Shown piece after piece: positions 19,353 through 28,137 of a stretch of 64,000 bases of DNA. Numbering within the stretch: position 1 is the first letter of the stretch; every line of letters begins with the position of its first letter. The notes below the pieces were generated by a model. It was given only the letters and a program-made list of their open reading frames with translations. It was not told the DNA's origin and did not search any database. This stretch comes from Lentimicrobiaceae bacterium (GTDB taxonomy: Bacteria > Bacteroidota > Bacteroidia > Bacteroidales > UBA4417): contig JAVBOY010000015.1 of NCBI GenBank assembly GCA_031550085.1, positions 27,429 through 91,428 of the forward strand, written 5' to 3'. A program made the position numbers and the translations under genes.

Positions 19353-19475
19353 TCCTGCGAACATCAGCAAAAATTTTTCTACACCAAAAGAAATTTCCTT
19401 TTGTCATTTGTAGTTCTAATTCCTTCGCATAAGAAAAACGGCGTATTCCGCTAAACAAACCCTTTTCTTTTATAT

Positions 19476-19522
19476 CCTTTCCGAATCAACTTGTTTGCGC
19501 TCGGAAAGGAGTTTGTTTTTTC
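19476..19522 (+). terminator. Intrinsic terminator downstream of the GT4 gene
   Basis: cctttccga (19476-19484) pairs with tcggaaagg (19501-19509) in a 9-bp perfect stem, followed by agtttgtttttt. Confidence 0.6.
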
Positions 19523-19597
19523 TAAAACGAGATTCCGATGCTCCGTATGTAAAAACAAGCAAGATTCAATGTTTGAATATTTTCTCTCATTACTTAA

Positions 19598-19627
19598 TTG
19601 GAAAATTGGATTTTTACACTACTTTTA
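19598..19627 (+). promoter_or_regulatory. Candidate promoter TTG-N19-TActTTTa for the M28 peptidase gene
   Basis: ttg at 19598-19600 and tactttta at 19620-19627, 28 nt upstream of the ATG at 19655. The last position is A instead of consensus G. Confidence 0.5.
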
Positions 19628-19654
19628 CATGGAGCATTTTAGTGTTAAGTAGTT

Positions 19655-21880
19655 ATGAAAAAAAATTTACTGTTTTTTGCATTGTTGATAACCGTTACGT
19701 TGCAAGCTCAAATTATCGACAACGACGGAAACCGTACCCAAACCTATCCGAAGGTTACTCAAGCCAATCCGGCTATCCAAGCCCTTGTGAATCAGGTTTC
19801 CATTCCCAACCTGGAAGCTAAAATTCGTTGGATGCAGAATTTGGGCTGCCGGGGATCTGCCGATCCGCAGGCTTTGCAAACTCAAAACTGGCTGGTCGAT
19901 CAATTTGAAACCATGGGGTTGGATGTTTCCATTCACCACTTTCCTTGCAACAGTGGAATCTTTTGGTATGGTCAATGTGCTCAAATCAAACAGTGTGTAT
20001 CGGATACATTTGCTGCCGGCAATGTAGTGGCTGTTCAACGGGGTACCGAATTCCCGGATGAATATATTTTTGTCACCTCCCATTACGATCATCCTGACGG
20101 ACCGGGCGCCGACGACAATGCGTCCGGTACTTCCGGAGTGTTGGAAATCGCCCGCATTTTAAGTCAGTACCAGTTTAAACGATCCATCGTATATGTGCCG
20201 TTTAACGCGGAAGAAAGCTGGATGGATGGAAGCCTGCCTTTTGTGATGGATTGTGCAAGTAAAAACAGGAAGATTTTGGCTGGCTTCAACTTGGATATGA
20301 TTGGATTTTTCCCAACCACGGTTGGCTCATTAGCCATGTATTCCGGCTCCTCTTACATTTCCGACCGCTTGTTTGAATATTACAAAACGGTTGCCAACAT
20401 TTATGTGCCAACGATTCCCACAGGCCGGTTTTCGACAGGCGATTCGTATGGGGGTGATCATATGCCTTTTAACATGTATGAGTATCCGGCTTTGTATATT
20501 GGTGATATTGAATATCACAATCCTTGTTACCACAAAGCTTGTGATACCTTGGGCAGTGGTGTTAATAGCCTGGAATTAGCACAAGGATTTACGAAAGCGA
20601 CTTTGGCCGCTGTAGCCGAATTGGCAAACGGCTGGTTGGCTCCACAGCACTTAAGCGCCGTTCCAGGCAACGGAAAAATTACCGTAAGCTGGGACAAAGC
20701 CCCTGAGACCGCAAAATATAAACTCTTTCGCGATAATCAGCTTTTAGTGGAAACTACGGATACGTTGTATATCGACACCCAAGTAATCAATGGGGTTGAA
20801 TACCAATATTATGTAAAAGGCCTGCGACAAGGAAGTTTGGAAGAAAGCGCCGAATCAAACCGTGATACGGTGGCGGCTTCCAATCCGTTAGCATTACCCT
20901 ACTTCAATGATTTTGAGCTAAATAATAATGAATGGCGTTTGAATCCGGGGTGGGAAAGAACAACCATAAACAAATATTCGGGAAGTTATTCGTTTGCAAA
21001 TAGCCGAAATACCGCCGACTCAGAAAATTATTTGACGATTGCCGAGTTAAATTGGTTTTCGATTCCCGATACAACGACCCATATTTCTCTTTCTTTTTAT
21101 TTGAAAGGAAATCTTCAGAGTTATTGGAGAGCTCCTAAAGCGGTTGTTGAAATTACGACTGATCGAAAGGTTTGGAACACCCTCTTTGAAGTCGATGTAA
21201 GACACCCTTTCACAACCTGGACTCCTTGTAAGGTTTCATTAAATAACTATATCGGAAAACCATTTGTACAATTGCGGATTCGAGTCGAATGTTCCGGCGA
21301 AACTCCCGGTGCATATTATCCGAAAAGAATTTTCATCGATGATATTGCCGTCTCATTTGCTCCAGCTCCTTCACAGGCTGCCCCTACGAATGTAAAGATT
21401 TTAAGTTTCAACACGCAAAACCGTACGGCAACGATCACTTGGAAAGCTGTTACCAATTATTTTTGGGGATACAACATCTACCGAAATAGCGTAAAACTTA
21501 ATTCACTACCTCTTACTGCGGTTCAATATATTGATGTGGCTGTACCATCGGGCGATGCCGTTTGTTATCAGGTTACGGCCATTTACCCTGGAGGCGAAAG
21601 CGACTTTTCGGAAATGGCCTGCATTCCAAATCGTATAGAGGATCTTCCGTTTAACAGCATTCAAATTGCTCCCAACCCATCAAATGGGAAATTCGAACTA
21701 ACCACCGGATTAACAAGCCGCTATAGTGTAGCCGTTTACAACGGTTCGGGAGTAAAAGTTTATCATCAAAAGGATTTTTCGGATGGCTCCATCGATTTGA
21801 CCCAGCTTCCCAAAGGTTTTTACTTTGTCAATATTTCCAATAATCAAATGAGCGTTTCAAAAAAGATTGTCATTCAATAG
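19655..21880 (+). CDS. Secreted M28 family aminopeptidase with FN3-like domains and a C-terminal T9SS sorting domain
   Basis: 741-aa ORF with signal peptide MKKNLLFFALLITVTLQAQ. The M28 metal-ligand region is HYDHPDGPGADDNASGTSGVLEIARIL. The C-terminus is IAPNPSNGKFEL...LPKGFYFVNISNNQMSVSKKIVIQ, a type A T9SS CTD pattern. Confidence 0.85.
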   Translation: MKKNLLFFALLITVTLQAQIIDNDGNRTQTYPKVTQANPAIQALVNQVSIPNLEAKIRWMQNLGCRGSADPQALQTQNWLVDQFETMGLDVSIHHFPCNSGIFWYGQCAQIKQCVSDTFAAGNVVAVQRGTEFPDEYIFVTSHYDHPDGPGADDNASGTSGVLEIARILSQYQFKRSIVYVPFNAEESWMDGSLPFVMDCASKNRKILAGFNLDMIGFFPTTVGSLAMYSGSSYISDRLFEYYKTVANIYVPTIPTGRFSTGDSYGGDHMPFNMYEYPALYIGDIEYHNPCYHKACDTLGSGVNSLELAQGFTKATLAAVAELANGWLAPQHLSAVPGNGKITVSWDKAPETAKYKLFRDNQLLVETTDTLYIDTQVINGVEYQYYVKGLRQGSLEESAESNRDTVAASNPLALPYFNDFELNNNEWRLNPGWERTTINKYSGSYSFANSRNTADSENYLTIAELNWFSIPDTTTHISLSFYLKGNLQSYWRAPKAVVEITTDRKVWNTLFEVDVRHPFTTWTPCKVSLNNYIGKPFVQLRIRVECSGETPGAYYPKRIFIDDIAVSFAPAPSQAAPTNVKILSFNTQNRTATITWKAVTNYFWGYNIYRNSVKLNSLPLTAVQYIDVAVPSGDAVCYQVTAIYPGGESDFSEMACIPNRIEDLPFNSIQIAPNPSNGKFELTTGLTSRYSVAVYNGSGVKVYHQKDFSDGSIDLTQLPKGFYFVNISNNQMSVSKKIVIQ

Positions 21881-21887
21881 GAGAGAT

Positions 21888-22640
21888 TTATTGTTTAAAA
21901 ATCCGCAGAAATCCGTCTTTGTAACTGGGTGAAATGTCCACTTCCGATTTGTCGGTAAGCGTGACATAACCTCCGGTTCCTTTGTGGTACGATTTTACAT
22001 GGTTCACATTAATAATATGCGATTTGTGTACCCGCACAAAAGGATACGGAAGAATTTCGGCAAAATGTTTCAGAAAACGGCAGACCATTTTCCGGCTCCC
22101 GTTGGTCAGATACAAATCCGTGAAATTGCCGTTGCCTTGCAGGCGGATGATTTCCTCCATTTTGACCACTTCAAAGCCTTCCAATGTAGGTAGAATGATT
22201 TGACGCTTTTCGATGCGTTCTTCCCGGAAGTTATCGATAATAATTTGGTTACGGTTAAAGGCTTCGTTGCGTAAAATATGTTGCTGCACTTTGTTTACCG
22301 CCATAATCAGTTCTTCAATACTGATGGGCTTTAACAGGTAATAGGCCGCGCTCAGGTTCAAGGCTTTTAGAGAGTATTCCGAAAAGGCGGTAACAAAAAT
22401 GGTTTCGAACGGCAGTTCTTTGCAAGCGTCCAATACATCGAATGCATTGCCGAAAGGCATTTCCACATCCAAAAACACCAATTGGGGTGACAATTCGTGT
22501 AAAAGCGGAACCGCTTCCTTAAAATTTCCGGCTTCGCCCACCAACAGTATCTGGGGACAATATTTTGCCAGATAATTTTTCAACACTTCGCGGGCCGCCG
22601 GTTCGTCTTCGACAATCACACTGCGTATTTGCTGCAACAT
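21888..22640 (-). CDS. LytTR-family two-component response regulator
   Basis: 250-aa ORF. The receiver domain is IVEDEP...VFLDVEMP. The C-terminal LytTR DNA-binding domain is FVRVHKSHIINVNHV. Confidence 0.9.
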   Translation of the reverse strand: MLQQIRSVIVEDEPAAREVLKNYLAKYCPQILLVGEAGNFKEAVPLLHELSPQLVFLDVEMPFGNAFDVLDACKELPFETIFVTAFSEYSLKALNLSAAYYLLKPISIEELIMAVNKVQQHILRNEAFNRNQIIIDNFREERIEKRQIILPTLEGFEVVKMEEIIRLQGNGNFTDLYLTNGSRKMVCRFLKHFAEILPYPFVRVHKSHIINVNHVKSYHKGTGGYVTLTDKSEVDISPSYKDGFLRIFKQ

Positions 22641-22641
22641 A

Positions 22642-24351
22642 TTAAGTCTGGTTTCGGTTGGTTAAAGGAATTTTCAGTTCGACGACCACCCCAGACTCGG
22701 GGCTTTGTTGATCGGAAATTTTCAATTCGATATTCAGTTTGTACAATTCGTTCAGCAATTTGATGCGTTCGTTGATGTTGGTCAAGCCGCGCGAGCGGTG
22801 AACTTTCTGGTGTTCTGTTTTCAAGGCCTGGCTTTGAATCCGCCCGATTCCGTTATCCTCAATTTTTACAATCAATTTATTCCCCTTTTTTTGAAAACTC
22901 AAATGCAAGCATCCCTTGGCTTCTTTGTACCGCAATCCGTGCCAAATGGCATTCTCCAAATGCGGTTGGATCAACATGTTGGGAATAAAAACGGATTCGG
23001 GATCCAAGGTTTCGTCTATCTGTATTTTGTAATCAAATTGATCGCTAAAGCGCAAATGTTCCAAATCCAAATACTCCCGCATCTGTTCGATTTCGTTGCT
23101 CAACTTGACAAAATCTTTGCTCGAGTTTTCCATCACATTGCGCATCAAACGCGAATAAGAGGTTAAGTATTTATTGGCTTCCAATTCATTGTTGCGGGCA
23201 ATAAATTGATTGACGCTATTTAAACTGTTGAAAATAAAATGAGGGTTCATTTCACGCCGCAACGACTGCAAAGCGATTTTCCGGTTTTTATTTTTGATGG
23301 AAATCAATGCTCGGACAATTAGCATGAGCAACAGCAACATCAAGGCGATAAAACCGATCAGCGCATAATTGAAAACATTTTTTTTGCGGATCAATTCGTC
23401 TTTCAGAACCCGTTCTTTTTCCAAACGAATAATTTTTTCTTCGGTGGCTTGAAACCATTTTATATCCACCAGCGAACTGTCGGCTTGAATCAGTAATTCC
23501 AAATGACTTAAAAAATCGCGGTAAAGCTCAACGGCTTTTTGGGTTTTGCCTTCTTTTTGAAAAGCACCGGCAAGCAATTCCACACTTTTTTTGGCTTCGA
23601 GTGTTTGATTATCAGCTAATGCCTGCCGATAAACTTCTTGCAAAGTTTCAATTCCTTTTTCAGCCTGCGGTGAAGCAAGGTAGGCTTCGGCCAAATCGCG
23701 TTTTACTTGAAAATCCTCTGCTTGCCGGGAATTCAAAGTATTCACCGCTTTCTCATAGTTTTTAACCGCCGCCTCGCTTTCGTTCAATTTCATTTTGGTT
23801 TCGGCCATTTGCTTGTAGGCATCCGCCTTGTCGTCCACAGCCTTGGTGTTTTCCAAGAGTTGGATGTTGTCCTTGATATAGCTTTCCTGTGAAACGGGAT
23901 TATTTACATTCCGCAGGCGATTGGCATCGTTTTGGTTTACCTGTTTCAACACTTCGTCGGAGGTTGCTTTTTCCGCTTCCTCGTAATGCAGGATTGCGCC
24001 TTTGTAGTTTTTTTGGGCTTCCTGCAATTTGGCGATCTCGCGGTTCAGCTTCGATACCTTGCTTGTTTTGTTTTTCGAAAGATAAATTTGCTTGGCTTTA
24101 TTCAAATAATCTTCCGCTTTTTGATATTCGCCTCTATTTGCCAACTCTTTGGCCAAATCCTCATAATTCTCAGCTACTTTCAGGCTTCCGGCATCGGTTT
24201 CCAGCGATTTGGAAAGTTTTTTGGTTGCACTTTGAATGCTATTGCTGCTCTTTTTGTCCATTTGGTATACGCTACCCGTATCGCTCCCCTTTTGGGCCAG
24301 CACAGACCCACTCACAATCAAAAGGAAAAAGAGGTAAACAAAGCGTTTCAT
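22642..24351 (-). CDS. Sensor histidine kinase (LytS/YehU-type His_kinase) with N-terminal TPR-like region
   Basis: Signal peptide MKRFVYLFFLLIVSGSVLAQ, then a repetitive helical TPR-like region of about 300 aa and one TM segment (ALIGFIALMLLLLMLIV). The H-box is NPHFIFNSLNSVNQFI, followed by a HATPase C-terminus. The ORF-track start at 24375 is TTG, so the ATG at 24351 is used. The stop lies 1 nt from the response-regulator start. Confidence 0.85.
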   Translation of the reverse strand: MKRFVYLFFLLIVSGSVLAQKGSDTGSVYQMDKKSSNSIQSATKKLSKSLETDAGSLKVAENYEDLAKELANRGEYQKAEDYLNKAKQIYLSKNKTSKVSKLNREIAKLQEAQKNYKGAILHYEEAEKATSDEVLKQVNQNDANRLRNVNNPVSQESYIKDNIQLLENTKAVDDKADAYKQMAETKMKLNESEAAVKNYEKAVNTLNSRQAEDFQVKRDLAEAYLASPQAEKGIETLQEVYRQALADNQTLEAKKSVELLAGAFQKEGKTQKAVELYRDFLSHLELLIQADSSLVDIKWFQATEEKIIRLEKERVLKDELIRKKNVFNYALIGFIALMLLLLMLIVRALISIKNKNRKIALQSLRREMNPHFIFNSLNSVNQFIARNNELEANKYLTSYSRLMRNVMENSSKDFVKLSNEIEQMREYLDLEHLRFSDQFDYKIQIDETLDPESVFIPNMLIQPHLENAIWHGLRYKEAKGCLHLSFQKKGNKLIVKIEDNGIGRIQSQALKTEHQKVHRSRGLTNINERIKLLNELYKLNIELKISDQQSPESGVVVELKIPLTNRNQT

Positions 24352-24541
24352 TTTCGATAATTTTTTAAAGAACAACTTACTAGAAGCTGTGAATCAGCAC
24401 CTTTCACCTTAAAGAGTCATCTCCAATTTGTTCTTTTTTGATACAACAAAGTAAATCATTTTTAAAACAGTACGCTATCCTTTTCACCAAGTCAAAAAGA
24501 GGCTTCACCCATTCTTGTAAAAAATACTGTTTCCGGCAGGT

Positions 24542-24549
24542 TACTTTTG
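24542..24549 (+). promoter_or_regulatory. -7 box TActTTTG upstream of the vWA lipoprotein gene
   Basis: tacttttg lies 25 nt upstream of the ATG at 24574. The ORF-track TTG start (24547) lies inside this box. The nearest TTG for a -33 element is at N24, which is long. Confidence 0.45.
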
Positions 24550-24573
24550 CTTCATCATCAAAAAACAAGTATC

Positions 24574-25728
24574 ATGAAAACCTTCATCACCACCCTCAGC
24601 ATTTTATTCTTTTTTACGGCTTGCCAAGCGGGAAGTGCAAGCAACAAGCCCGCAGAAGTAGTTGAACCGCCCGTATCGCAACCCGCCGACGAAACTTGTA
24701 TTCAATTGGCGCTTTTACTGGATACTTCAAACAGTATGGATGGATTGATCGATCAAGCCAAATCGCGCCTTTGGAATATCGTAAATACCCTGACCACCTT
24801 AAAGTATCAAGGAAAAAATCCGACAATCGAGATTGCGCTGTATGAATATGGGAACGACTGGCTTTCGCAAAAGACGGGGTACATCCGCCAGGTAGCGCCT
24901 TTTACAACGGACCTGGATTTGATTTCCGAAAAATTGTTCTCGTTGCGAACCAATGGGGGAAGCGAATACTGCGGCGCCGTTATCAGGGATGCGCTTCAAG
25001 AATTGAAATGGAAAGACGGCAAAGTGGATATGAAACTGATTTACATTGCGGGCAACGAAAGTTTCGACCAAGGGAATGTCAGCTACAAAACGTCGATCCG
25101 TAATGCGCTCGAAAAAGGGGTTTATGTAAATACCATCTATTGCGGAAACCACGAAATGGGAATCCGGGAATTTTGGAAAGACGGCGCCGACCGGGCTCAG
25201 GGCAAGTATTTCAACATTGATTCCGACGCCAAAGTACGCTACATTGCAACGCCTTACGACGATCAGATTTACCGCTGCAACGAGCGTTTGAACAAAACCT
25301 ATGTCAGCTATGGCGAACGGGGTTATGAAAAGCAAGCCAATCAAGCGGTTCAGGATGAAAATGCGAAGTCTATTTCCAAGTCGAACTACACTGAGCGGGT
25401 GGTGAGCAAATCGAAAGCCGTTTACAAAAACGATTCGTGGGATCTGGTGGATAAGGTGAAAGAGGATGCGGGCGCTGTTTCGAAAATGGATAAAAAATCC
25501 CTGCCCAAAGAGTTGCAAGGAAAATCGGATAAAGAAATCGAGCAATATGTTCAGGAGAAATCAAAGGAACGCGAAGAGGTTCAAAAGGAAATCTCGGAAT
25601 TGGCCGCTAAACGTCAGGCTTATATCGATGCCGAATTAAAAAAGAATCCGGATCAGGACGATTTGGGCAATGCCATCAACACATCCATCCTTGCTTTTGC
25701 AAAAACCAAAGGGTATCTCACGGAATAG
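24574..25728 (+). CDS. vWA (von Willebrand factor A) domain lipoprotein with Lys/Glu-rich helical C-terminal region
   Basis: The lipobox signal is MKTFITTLSILFFFTAC. The MIDAS motif is LLLDTSNSM (DxSxS). The C-terminal ~90 aa are charged and helical (KEREEVQKEISELAAKRQAYIDAELKK). Confidence 0.8.
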   Translation: MKTFITTLSILFFFTACQAGSASNKPAEVVEPPVSQPADETCIQLALLLDTSNSMDGLIDQAKSRLWNIVNTLTTLKYQGKNPTIEIALYEYGNDWLSQKTGYIRQVAPFTTDLDLISEKLFSLRTNGGSEYCGAVIRDALQELKWKDGKVDMKLIYIAGNESFDQGNVSYKTSIRNALEKGVYVNTIYCGNHEMGIREFWKDGADRAQGKYFNIDSDAKVRYIATPYDDQIYRCNERLNKTYVSYGERGYEKQANQAVQDENAKSISKSNYTERVVSKSKAVYKNDSWDLVDKVKEDAGAVSKMDKKSLPKELQGKSDKEIEQYVQEKSKEREEVQKEISELAAKRQAYIDAELKKNPDQDDLGNAINTSILAFAKTKGYLTE

Positions 25729-25753
25729 GAAAAAATAATCTAATACGGTTTGG

Positions 25754-25814
25754 GCCTGAAAGCGAAAGTGTTTTCAGGCTTTTTTCTTTGCTTGCGACGA
25801 CAAGCAAGATTTTT
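25754..25814 (+). terminator. Tandem intrinsic terminators after the vWA gene
   Basis: Hairpin 1: gcctgaaa (25754-25761) pairs with tttcaggc (25772-25779), followed by tttttt. Hairpin 2: ttgcttg (25788-25794) pairs with caagcaa (25801-25807), followed by gattttt. Confidence 0.65.
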
Positions 25815-26044
25815 AATAAAATATTGTTTATCAGCACAATCGACATGAATTAAGGCGTTCTTTTCGATTTTTTCTTCATCAAATCAAAAATCTCGGAATT
25901 TTTCCAGTACTTTGCTTTGAATATCGCTCAATTAATAATCAAATGAATAACAAAACTTTGTTTGAATGATCCTTCTGTCTAATTTTTTCAAAATCACAAA
26001 AATCATATTTCCATAAAAATCAATCATTTAACAAACCAATCCAA

Positions 26045-28042
26045 ATGAAAACAAGCTACCTTTTTACGATTCTTTTCACATTCTTACTAAGCAATTTTAC
26101 TACCTATGCCCAGTTTGGCGGAGGCGACGGAAGCCAAGGGAATCCTTACCAAATCAGTACGGCTGTGCATTTAGCCTCTCTAGCAGCCAACGTTAATAAC
26201 GGAAATGCATATGCAGATACGTATTTCCTGATAACCCAGGATATTGACCTGACGTCATGGATTGATGCCAACAGCCCGCAGGAAGGTTGGAATCCGATCG
26301 GGTATTATAATTCTGATTCCGACAACAGGCCATTCTGTGGGAATTTTGACGGAAATCGCCATACAATCAGCGGTATGCGTATTGACCGTCCAACAGCCAT
26401 TTCAGCCGGATTGTTCGGCCATATTTATACCGGAGCGGTTATAGCAAATATCCGTTTAACCGGTAGCCTGATTACCAACGGAGCGAATATCAGTGGCACC
26501 GAAAGTGTTAGCTATACCGGTGGTATTGTCGGATACAGTTATTGTTATCAGCAAAAAGGTTGGGGGAGTGTATGGATTCAGGGTTGTTCAAACGCAGTGC
26601 ATATTGTTGGAGGAAGCGGAGAAACAGCTTATACTGGGGGGATTATTGGGTATGGCGAAGCTTACGGAGGCTATTACAATGCTCCACAACCAGAAAGCGG
26701 TTACGCCAAGATCACAATTTATGAATGCTTTAACAATGGGTTTGTAGAAGGAAGCTCCTGTGTTGGAGGAATTGTTGGTGCCATCGAATCTACTAATTAC
26801 GCTGGGGGCACATCCGATATCATGCTATTCTCGTGTATCAATGCAGCTAATATTATAGGAAATAAAGTAAAAGTGCATACAGGTGGAATTTGCGGAACAG
26901 GACATGCAAGTTACCGCTGCGGTCTAACGATTGATGGTTGTTCAAACAGTGGTAGTATTTTGTCAAAAGCAATTTTATATAATGGTGCTACCGGCGGCAT
27001 TATCGGTTTCGTCAGTGGTGGTGATTTGGATCTCTCCACCTGTAGCAACGGAGGAAATATTGAAGGAAGTGTTTATGTCGGAGGAATTATCGGCCGTGTT
27101 GATGCTGACTATACACCTCCCATGTCAGGCTATTTTTACATCGAGCGATGTTATTCAACTTCATTTTTGAAGGGATTCGATTATAGTGGCGGGATTGTCG
27201 GTTTTGCAGAACATACCTACTCATCCGAGGTTACATTTTATATAGAAAATAATTATTCATCCATGAGTATTGATTGTTATAATCCCGGACTGTATGGCGT
27301 CGGAGGCATATTAGGATATAAGGATGGGGCCCGAATTCAATTAAACAAAAACTATTTTGATTACGATTTCTGCAATTACGATGGAGTAGGGAACCAAAGT
27401 TCTGCAAGCGGAGTAATGGGTAAGCCGACCGACCAAATGATGCAAAAATCTACGTTCACCGGTTGGAATTTTTCTCCCTCTGCCAATATGTGGGCTATTT
27501 GGAATGGAAAATCGTATCCCTATTTCCAATGGGAAAGTGCACCCGTAACAAACGTGACCAAAAACGGGAGTAATTTGGATTTTGAGTTGTGCAATCCGGC
27601 TGACAGCATAGTGCTTTTCAAACTTCATAACAACTTAAAGGTACGAAAACAAGCCTCGGCTGCATTTAATTCCGGCTCACAAAGTTTCCCGATAACTGCT
27701 ACGCTCAGCAAAAACGATACGGTTTTTTTAGTCGTTTACGAGCCGGAAAAAACCGAATCCTATCCGGTCTTTTTAGATGATTTTCCGGTCGGTATTTCAC
27801 AAAAACCTGTTCCTGGTTTAAACGTTCAACTTTATCCGAATCCTGCTACAACCGAGTTGCATATAAAAGTAAGCGAATTGTTGCCGGTAATTTATACGGT
27901 TTACAATGTAACTGGGCAAAAAGTTATACAAGGGAGTATTCAGAATTCCGAAATATTGGATTTGCAGAACCTTTCAAAAGGAATTTATTTCTTAAAAGTG
28001 GATGGAAAAGAATCGAATACGTTGAAATTTGTTAAGAAATAA
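26045..28042 (+). CDS. Secreted GLUG-motif repeat protein with C-terminal T9SS sorting domain
   Basis: 665-aa ORF with signal peptide MKTSYLFTILFTFLLSNFTTYAQ. It has at least 8 spaced GGI(V/I/L/C)G motifs (GGIVGYS, GGIIGYG, GGIVGAI, GGICGTG, GGIIGFV, GGIIGRV, GGIVGFA, GGILGYK). The C-terminus is LYPNPATTELHI...LSKGIYFLKVDGKESNTLKFVKK. Confidence 0.75.
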   Translation: MKTSYLFTILFTFLLSNFTTYAQFGGGDGSQGNPYQISTAVHLASLAANVNNGNAYADTYFLITQDIDLTSWIDANSPQEGWNPIGYYNSDSDNRPFCGNFDGNRHTISGMRIDRPTAISAGLFGHIYTGAVIANIRLTGSLITNGANISGTESVSYTGGIVGYSYCYQQKGWGSVWIQGCSNAVHIVGGSGETAYTGGIIGYGEAYGGYYNAPQPESGYAKITIYECFNNGFVEGSSCVGGIVGAIESTNYAGGTSDIMLFSCINAANIIGNKVKVHTGGICGTGHASYRCGLTIDGCSNSGSILSKAILYNGATGGIIGFVSGGDLDLSTCSNGGNIEGSVYVGGIIGRVDADYTPPMSGYFYIERCYSTSFLKGFDYSGGIVGFAEHTYSSEVTFYIENNYSSMSIDCYNPGLYGVGGILGYKDGARIQLNKNYFDYDFCNYDGVGNQSSASGVMGKPTDQMMQKSTFTGWNFSPSANMWAIWNGKSYPYFQWESAPVTNVTKNGSNLDFELCNPADSIVLFKLHNNLKVRKQASAAFNSGSQSFPITATLSKNDTVFLVVYEPEKTESYPVFLDDFPVGISQKPVPGLNVQLYPNPATTELHIKVSELLPVIYTVYNVTGQKVIQGSIQNSEILDLQNLSKGIYFLKVDGKESNTLKFVKK

Positions 28043-28077
28043 TCAAATATTTTCTTCTTCTGGTAGAGAAAACCTAA

Positions 28078-28134
28078 ATCATTCCTTGTAGAGTTTCCGT
28101 ACACAAGAGGTGTTCTACAGGAATGATCTTTTTT
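28078..28134. terminator. Bidirectional terminator between convergent GLUG-protein gene and glmS
   Basis: atcattccttgtaga (28078-28092) pairs with tctacaggaatgat (28114-28127) as 14 bp with a 1-nt bulge, followed by cttttttaag on the plus strand. Confidence 0.7.
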
Positions 28135-28137
28135 AAG

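Noticed and set aside
24799-25545. 248-aa ORF antisense to the vWA lipoprotein gene
   Set aside because: It lies entirely inside a well-supported gene on the other strand. Its composition is Arg/Phe/Ile/Leu-rich and shows no motifs. This is a typical shadow ORF produced by codon bias of the sense gene.
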